From Patescibacteria group bacterium (lineage in GTDB: Bacteria > Patescibacteriota > Microgenomatia > UBA1400 > PJMF01), in assembly GCA_016861205.1 (NCBI GenBank), contig BOKX01000001.1, positions 8,539 through 72,538 of the forward strand: a stretch of 64,000 bases of DNA, given 5' to 3'. The position numbers and the translations under genes are program-made. Shown here one piece after another: positions 57,907-64,000 of this stretch. Below the pieces are notes generated by a model. It worked only from the letters and a program-made list of their open reading frames with translations, was not told where the DNA came from and searched no databases. Within the stretch, counting starts at the first letter, position 1, and each line of letters starts with the position of its first letter.

Positions 57907-58461
57907 ATGACGCGTAAAGATACGTTAGGACCTGGTGATTCTGATAACTTTGATGGCGACGACTTTGATGATGATGACTTTGAGTTTGAGGATGGGGATG
58001 AAGAAGCAGAAACGCCAGAGGAAATCCTAAACGAAGTTTGGCACCAACTTTTTGAAGAAAATGGGGTTGATGAGACCGCTGTTGACGTTTTTGTGGTAGT
58101 TGACCTTCTGAGTGCAGGTTTATCAGGCGCTGAAATTCTAGAACTGGTGAGTGATCGAGCCAACGATGCTGAGTGGGCAGAGCTTGAACCAGTTTTCAAA
58201 CGGGTCATAGCGCGTCGTGAAGCCTATGTTGATTACCAACCGGCCATGAAAGAGCGGATTGCTCTTGCTTTGACTACTGCCATGCAGCAGCTGATTGCCG
58301 ACGAGATCATCAAGGCAGAAAATCTGATCAAGAATGGTCACACTACTGACGAAGAACTTGCTGATGATATTGAGTACCATGTTTGGGAAGTTCTGATGAG
58401 CACGTTTGATGATGACTGGATTAGTCAGGAAGCCAAGCAGCAACTGAAGAAAAAACGTTAG
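57907..58461 (+). CDS. Highly acidic hypothetical protein
   Basis: GGAG ribosome-binding site and TAAAAT upstream; Asp/Glu-rich N-terminus. Confidence 0.7.
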   Translation: MTRKDTLGPGDSDNFDGDDFDDDDFEFEDGDEEAETPEEILNEVWHQLFEENGVDETAVDVFVVVDLLSAGLSGAEILELVSDRANDAEWAELEPVFKRVIARREAYVDYQPAMKERIALALTTAMQQLIADEIIKAENLIKNGHTTDEELADDIEYHVWEVLMSTFDDDWISQEAKQQLKKKR

Positions 58462-58728
58462 AGCGAATGACCGACTGTGGATTTAATTGGGTGTATCAGG
58501 TGTCTGGTGGCGGGTGACTTTTTCGGCAATGGCCTCAAAATGCTTTTCAGCCAGATTTTTGCCAGTTAAATCATGGATTAAAAATTGGGTGACTTGTTGC
58601 CAGTGATCATAATTCTGAGAGGCCAACTCCCGTGCTGGATTTGGGGGTCATTAACGTCATGCCACCATTGATCGTGGAACGTGCTCCAGACAGGATGCTG
58701 TCGTTTTTCAGAAAAATGGCGTGGGACT

Positions 58729-61005
58729 TCAAACACCATCCAACTCCTGAACTTTGTCTCTGATTAGAGCGGCTAACTCAAAATCCATGTCGTTAGCAGC
58801 TTGTTTCATACGGCGACGCAGTTTGGGAATGAGCTGGGTAACTTCAGCTGGTGTCAAAGTATCAGGCGAGATTTCAGCCAAATCGATCTGCTCATGTTTA
58901 CTCAGATTCAAAACCAAAGCTGACCGTTCTTTTTGGGTCAGTTTGGCTAGCTTTGCAGCTTCATCCTCTGGTGGTTTCTCAATCATCCGTTCACGGATGG
59001 GTTTGCTAATGGTTTGTGGGGTGATGCCATGTTCTTGGTTGTACGCCACTTGAATACCACGCCGGCGATAGGTTTCGGCAATCGCCAGTTTCATTGAGCC
59101 AGTCAGTCGATCAGCGTACATGATGACCTGGCCCTCTACATGCCGAGCCGCCCGACCCATGGTTTGGATCATTGAAGTGGTTGAGCGCAGGAAGCCTTCT
59201 TTGTCAGCGTCCAAAATCGCTACCAACGTAACCTCGGGCAGGTCGAGACCTTCTCGGAGCAAGTTAATACCGACCACCACGTCGTACACGCCTCGCCGCA
59301 AGTCAGCCAAGATATCCGATCGCTCCAGTGTCTCGACATCAGAGTGTAAGTAGGCAACTTTGGGCAATTCAGCCTCAAGTAAATCACTTGTTGGGACTGC
59401 TGCGGTGTGGTACATAGGATCGATTTTATCGATGGGCATCGACTCGACAGGTAAATCACCAGTGAAAAGAGTTCGGTCAGGATCAGGATGACTGTCGAGT
59501 TCCTGTTGTTTGGTAACCGCCTGGGCAATCAGCTCTCTGACTTTGTCAGCATCGTTTAAGTACTCAGTTAAGGCTTCGGCCATTCGTTTGGTGAGGGTGG
59601 TGACTAAGACACGTTGACCACGTTGTTTGCGCTTTACGATCTCAACGATCAAGTCTTCGATTTGGCCGGTAATAGGCCGCAGCTCCACCGGTGGGTCGAT
59701 GAGGCCAGTGGGCCGAATCAATTGTTCGACCACTTCCCCGCCCGCCTGGCTGATCTCCCAGTCATTAGGAGTGGCTGAGACATAGACCACTTGGTTAGTT
59801 TTGGCTTGAAACTCGTGAAACTGCAAAGGTCGGTTATCAAGTGCACTCGGCAAACGGAAGCCATACTCGATCAACGTTTCCTTGCGAGCGCGGTCACCGT
59901 TGTGCATGCCGCGGACTTGCGGCACCGTGATGTGGCTTTCGTCAATGATGGTCAAGAAACTATCAGTGTCAAATAAACGAACATTTTCCCAGAAATAATC
60001 CAGCAATGTGAATGGTGGGTCACCAGGTTTGCGGCCGTCAAAGTGTCGTGAGTAGTTCTCAATACCATTCACAAATCCAAACTCTTGAATCATCTCGAGG
60101 TCGTAGTTAACCTTTTGCTCAAGTCGGTAGGCTTCCACTACCCGATTTTGAGCCTTAAGCTCAGCAACTCTGGTTTGCAAGTCATGGCGAATTTCGGCCA
60201 AACTTTCAGCTTGGGTTTTGGGGTTAACCACGTAGTGTTTGGCTGGGTACAGCACATAGCGCTTGGCGCGGCTGGGCTGGTTGGGGTCTGGAGTGGTGGC
60301 AGGCTCGGCAATCTTAGACCCAGTCACTGGGTCAATGCGATCAATGCTGATAATTTTGTTTTCCAATGTATCAAGCCGCAACGCTGTGTCTTCGTACGCT
60401 GGCCAAAGCTGAATGACATCGCCTCGTAAGCGATACGTGCCACGACGTAAGTCGTCGTCAGAGCGCTCGTACTGCAGATTACTTAAGTTCAAAAGCAGCG
60501 CTTCGCGGGAAATCAGCTCGCCTTCGATCAGCTCCATCAAGTAGCGACCGTACTCCACTGGTGAACCCAAGTTGTAAATACAAGAAACCGAAGCCACTAC
60601 AATCACATCAGGACGAGTCAACAAGTTGGTAGTGGTGGCGAGCCGAAGTTTATCGATCTCATCATTGATGGTGGCTTCTTTCTCGATATAAGTGTCACTG
60701 CTGGGAATGTAGGCCTCAGGTTGATAGTAGTCGTAGTAGGATACGAAGTAACTGACTGCACTGGTCGGGAAAAAATCGCGAAACTCTTGATACAGCTGGG
60801 CGGCCAAGGTTTTATTATGGGCAATCACTAGGGTGGGTTTCTGGGTTTGGGCGATGACGTTGGCCATGGTGAACGTCTTGCCACTACCGGTAACGCCGAG
60901 TAGCACTTGGCTGTGTTTTTGGGCGTTTACACCTTTGACTAACTGCTCAATGGCTTGAGGTTGGTCGCCGGTCGGCTGGAAGTTTGAGGCAAGTTGAAAT
61001 GGCAT
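58729..61005 (-). CDS. uvrB: Excinuclease ABC subunit B with an internal insertion
   Basis: GVTGSGKT, YYDYYQPEAY, DESH, GINLLREGLD, QTMGRAAR, C-terminal UVR domain. Confidence 0.97.
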   Translation of the reverse strand: MPFQLASNFQPTGDQPQAIEQLVKGVNAQKHSQVLLGVTGSGKTFTMANVIAQTQKPTLVIAHNKTLAAQLYQEFRDFFPTSAVSYFVSYYDYYQPEAYIPSSDTYIEKEATINDEIDKLRLATTTNLLTRPDVIVVASVSCIYNLGSPVEYGRYLMELIEGELISREALLLNLSNLQYERSDDDLRRGTYRLRGDVIQLWPAYEDTALRLDTLENKIISIDRIDPVTGSKIAEPATTPDPNQPSRAKRYVLYPAKHYVVNPKTQAESLAEIRHDLQTRVAELKAQNRVVEAYRLEQKVNYDLEMIQEFGFVNGIENYSRHFDGRKPGDPPFTLLDYFWENVRLFDTDSFLTIIDESHITVPQVRGMHNGDRARKETLIEYGFRLPSALDNRPLQFHEFQAKTNQVVYVSATPNDWEISQAGGEVVEQLIRPTGLIDPPVELRPITGQIEDLIVEIVKRKQRGQRVLVTTLTKRMAEALTEYLNDADKVRELIAQAVTKQQELDSHPDPDRTLFTGDLPVESMPIDKIDPMYHTAAVPTSDLLEAELPKVAYLHSDVETLERSDILADLRRGVYDVVVGINLLREGLDLPEVTLVAILDADKEGFLRSTTSMIQTMGRAARHVEGQVIMYADRLTGSMKLAIAETYRRRGIQVAYNQEHGITPQTISKPIRERMIEKPPEDEAAKLAKLTQKERSALVLNLSKHEQIDLAEISPDTLTPAEVTQLIPKLRRRMKQAANDMDFELAALIRDKVQELDGV

Positions 61006-61103
61006 GCTGAGTAGCAGTCTATTGTATCAAGCTTTCGGCATTGATTCGCCCAGCAAATTACCCAAGTTGTATCTGGTGGTATACTATCGACCAAGGAGGC
61101 ACT

Positions 61104-61403
61104 ATGCCATCAGCTGAGTCTGCTACTGCACCACACATTCTCGAGAAAAATGAGATCTTTCACCGACTGTCTCCGGCTCAACAAGCCAGTTACATGGAGA
61201 TGTATAACTTTGTTTGGCTTCAATATGGCAGTCAAGGTGTGGCCTTGACCCATGAAAATGCTCAACCCCACCTCTGGGTGTTATGGGATAAAGTCACCAG
61301 CCGTCACAACCCAGGTCGGTTGAGTGAGGAATTGGTTCAGTCAGCCATTTTGTCGGCTCAACCACTACCAGTTGAACAGCCCGAACCGGCCGTTACTGCT
61401 TAA
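61104..61403 (+). CDS. Small hypothetical protein
   Basis: TGGTATACT promoter and AAGGAGG ribosome-binding site upstream of ATG 61104. Confidence 0.7.
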   Translation: MPSAESATAPHILEKNEIFHRLSPAQQASYMEMYNFVWLQYGSQGVALTHENAQPHLWVLWDKVTSRHNPGRLSEELVQSAILSAQPLPVEQPEPAVTA

Positions 61404-61426
61404 GCCAAGTGGTGTAGACTACCTTT

Positions 61427-62179
61427 ATGGAAATTCACGCCCTTCGTGCTCCATTAGTTCAGCCTGGTGATAACCTTGAAGCGGTTTTGCGACAGACAAT
61501 TACCCAGTTACCTGAACGAAGTGTGGTGGTAGTGGCTTCCAAAATTGTGGCTACCAGTGAGAATCGCTTTGTCCCGAAAACAACCGACGATAAAGCTGAG
61601 AAACATGCCTTGGTCCGTCAGGAAGCTGAGTGGTATCTTGACCCGCACTCTTCCAAGTACAACTTGATGCTAACAGTCAAAAATAACTGGATGTTTGTGA
61701 ATGCTGGGATTGATGAGTCTAACGCCCAAAATAACTACCTGCTTTGGCCGGCTGATCCGCAGCAATCAGCTAATCAGATCTGGGAGTTCTTGCGCCGAGA
61801 GTATGGTGTCAAAGAAGTCGGGGTGACGATTTCGGATAGTACGAGCATTCCCCTTAACTGGGGGGTGACCGGTCACGCCATCGCTCACTCGGGCTTTAAA
61901 CAACTCCGCAGTTACATAGGTCAACCAGACTTATTTGGTCGGACTATGAAAATGGAACAAACCAATCTGGCCCAATCCATTACCGCCGTGGCCTCGGTAG
62001 AAATGGGTGAAGGTAACGAACAAACTCCAGTCGCCATCGTCAGTGACATTACCAATATTGAGTTTCAAGATCGAGTGCCCACGGCTGCCGAACTGGCCGA
62101 ACTGCATGTTGAGCTGGCTGATGATGTTTTCGCGCCACTATTGACCAGTGTAGAGTGGCAAAAAGGTGGCGCGAAGTAA
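61427..62179 (+). CDS. CofE-family gamma-glutamyl ligase (F420-0:L-glutamate ligase/FolC2-like)
   Basis: VVASKIV, NAGIDESN, GVTISDS, DLFGR, MGEGNEQTP. Confidence 0.88.
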   Translation: MEIHALRAPLVQPGDNLEAVLRQTITQLPERSVVVVASKIVATSENRFVPKTTDDKAEKHALVRQEAEWYLDPHSSKYNLMLTVKNNWMFVNAGIDESNAQNNYLLWPADPQQSANQIWEFLRREYGVKEVGVTISDSTSIPLNWGVTGHAIAHSGFKQLRSYIGQPDLFGRTMKMEQTNLAQSITAVASVEMGEGNEQTPVAIVSDITNIEFQDRVPTAAELAELHVELADDVFAPLLTSVEWQKGGAK

Positions 62180-62199
62180 CTTGGCGCCGCTCCTAAGCC

Positions 62200-62589
62200 C
62201 TACTTTTTTCCGACCACTTGCCAACAGTTTTTCTCAGGATCTAAGAAAGTGCAGAACCAAACCTGATTTTCAGGTGTCGAAAATGGGGCTAAAAATGGCT
62301 CAGCCACGATGGTCACGCCGGCTTTTTTCAATTTTTCAAACCAAAACTGCACCCCTTCTTCGGGATAAAGGTTAAAGAGGTGGCGAAAAGGTTCTGCGGC
62401 TCCGCCTTTGATCTCAGAGTGCTTGCCCAGCCACAGCCATAAATCACCAGACACTTTTAGCATGTAGCCATAATCACCTGGAATATCCAGCTTTTCGAGG
62501 AGTTCAAAGCCCATGACGTCCTGGTAAAAAGGCACCAGTTTGTCAGGGTTTTCGGAGAAAATTAAAATCCGATATTTGGTGAAAGCCAT
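62200..62589 (-). CDS. VOC/glyoxalase family protein
   Basis: FYQDVMGF, KLKKAGV, FLDPEKN. Confidence 0.85.
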   Translation of the reverse strand: MAFTKYRILIFSENPDKLVPFYQDVMGFELLEKLDIPGDYGYMLKVSGDLWLWLGKHSEIKGGAAEPFRHLFNLYPEEGVQFWFEKLKKAGVTIVAEPFLAPFSTPENQVWFCTFLDPEKNCWQVVGKK

Positions 62590-62644
62590 AGCCCCTTTCG
62601 TGTCTCAGGTTTTGGAGTATCTGGTGATATTCTACAATATACCT

Positions 62645-63403
62645 ATGACCTATCTTTTTCTGTTCGCCCATCCAGACGATGAAACCGTGGCTTGCGCCGG
62701 GACTATTAAGCGATTGACCGAGGCTGGCCACCGGGTAGTTGTGGTGTCTGTGACCGATGGATCAGCTGGCCAAGTGTCCGCCCGAGCTCAGGCAGATTTG
62801 GCCGCGGCTGGGAGCGTGGGCGCTTTGCGACGAGCAGAGCTGGCAGCAGCTTGTCAGCAGCTCGGGGTACATGAGTGGAGAATCCTAGAGTATGAAGATG
62901 GTCACATCACGAATGAAGCGGTTTGGAGTGAGTTAACACAAAGTTGTATTGAAGTGATTGATGCCTACCGACCTGATGTGGTAGTGACGTTTGATCACAC
63001 CGGCTGGTACTTCCATCTCGATCATGTGGCAGTCTCGATCGCCACCACGTTGGCAGTTCAGCAGGCTGCCCACCAGCCCGATCTTTTCTTCCATGTTCAT
63101 GTGATGGTCAACTCGGCCAGGTGGCGGTACGTGTTTGCAGATACGGCTCCGATTACCCATGTGGTGGACGTGTCACATTTGAAAGACTTCAAACTCGATG
63201 TAATTAACGCCCATGCTTCACAAGATATCACCACGATTATTAACTATGTCCAGCAAGGTTTCCGACATTATGAAACCTACCAGTTGGTGCGAGCTACCCC
63301 ACAGGGCGAAGCATTGCTGATGGACGCTAACATTTTTGTGCCGGTATCGCCAGAGCACGAAGCAGATATCAAGCGGCGGACGGTCGAGTCAGCGTCAAGT
63401 TAA
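62645..63403 (+). CDS. PIG-L/LmbE family deacetylase
   Basis: AHPDDE, TDGSAG, RRAEL, HLDH, AHASQ. Start ATG 62645. Confidence 0.9.
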   Translation: MTYLFLFAHPDDETVACAGTIKRLTEAGHRVVVVSVTDGSAGQVSARAQADLAAAGSVGALRRAELAAACQQLGVHEWRILEYEDGHITNEAVWSELTQSCIEVIDAYRPDVVVTFDHTGWYFHLDHVAVSIATTLAVQQAAHQPDLFFHVHVMVNSARWRYVFADTAPITHVVDVSHLKDFKLDVINAHASQDITTIINYVQQGFRHYETYQLVRATPQGEALLMDANIFVPVSPEHEADIKRRTVESASS

Positions 63404-63998
63404 AGACTGGCTCGGGTTTTGCTCCCAGCTCAAGTTTGTAAGCCTCATCACCGCGCATGAAGTCGTAGCGGGTTTTACCTTCTGTGATCGCGGTTTCCAG
63501 AGTGTGTGCTAGCAAAACACTTCCCACTCTTAAGTAGCCATAACGTCCGGCATCAAAACCAGAGTTGTACAGCAAGTATTGGCTGTGCCAGTCAAAAATC
63601 AATAACGCTGCTGCTCGGTCACCATTTACTTTTAAGAAAAAAAGCTTGACTAAGTTAGCTTCGGCCAAGGCCGGAATAGCCGTCCCAAAAAAGGCTTCGC
63701 GGCCGCCCACCCAGAAGCCGGCTTTTTCAGGACTGGAAGCCCGATGTAACCGAATAAAATCTGGCATGGCTGTGGCTACCGCGTCAGAAGTGGTCAGAAC
63801 CTCGTAACTAATTTCATCATCAATGCCGCTGTTTTTTTGAGCTTGGCGATATGACTTGGCAACTTTTGGTTCAATAGATTGCCAATAGGTTGCTACGTCT
63901 GTTGGTAAGGTGATGACGGGGCAGGTTAGTTGTTTTTCAGCGCTGATTAACCACTCCCGATCCAGACTGAGTTGGGTGAGCCAAGATCTAGTCGGGCT
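63369..63998 (-). CDS. GNAT-family (CelD/BcsL-like) acetyltransferase (5' part runs off the window)
   Basis: The frame is open from the window edge (CPVITLPTDVATYWQSI...); YNSGFD..VGSVL, YDFMRGDEAYK. Confidence 0.8.
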   Translation of the reverse strand, partial: SPTRSWLTQLSLDREWLISAEKQLTCPVITLPTDVATYWQSIEPKVAKSYRQAQKNSGIDDEISYEVLTTSDAVATAMPDFIRLHRASSPEKAGFWVGGREAFFGTAIPALAEANLVKLFFLKVNGDRAAALLIFDWHSQYLLYNSGFDAGRYGYLRVGSVLLAHTLETAITEGKTRYDFMRGDEAYKLELGAKPEPVFNLTLTRPSAA

Positions 63999-64000
63999 GT

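Noticed and set aside
59360-59560. UvrB insertion as a possible intein
   Set aside because: It is too short and lacks the N-terminal Cys/Ser and C-terminal His-Asn splice motifs.

Overview
A 64-kb chromosomal window from a reduced-genome bacterium. The 16S signatures, the B2-less PheT, the PPIase-less trigger factor and the gene content point to Patescibacteria (CPR), probably the Microgenomates group; this is inference, not a database result. It uses genetic code 11. Housekeeping genes dominate: pheT/pheS, rplT, rpmI, infC, tig, miaB/miaA, rnpB, uppP, comM, gap, pyrH, a FemABX-family gene, pcrA, tpiA, lon, clpB, mnmA, uvrA/B/C, three tRNAs and a stand-alone 16S rRNA gene with no 23S. Best candidate for an undescribed system: a tightly coupled six-gene minus-strand operon at 45039-51068. 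It encodes a 7TM membrane protein ending in -EE; a RimK-related glutamate-ligase ATP-grasp fused to a protease domain whose catalytic motif is altered (DTG to NTG); a carboxypeptidase resembling the eukaryotic tubulin-tail enzyme MATCAP/TMCP; two tandem CphA/GshF-type ATP-grasp ligases; and a Fem/GNAT-fold protein. Together they suggest a writer/eraser peptide-tailing or poly-amino-acid system. Other highlights: an AlaX-type tRNA-editing domain fused to PheRS-alpha; about 13 genes with leaderless-type promoters; CIRCE operators at lon and clpB; an atypical RNase P RNA; a compensatory A522-U527 change in the 16S 530 loop; a sortase next to a QPDTG-tailed substrate; and a dual-coded transglutaminase/uvrC overlap. 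No CRISPR array, integrase, transposase or prophage was seen. All family assignments come from recalled motifs, not from searches.
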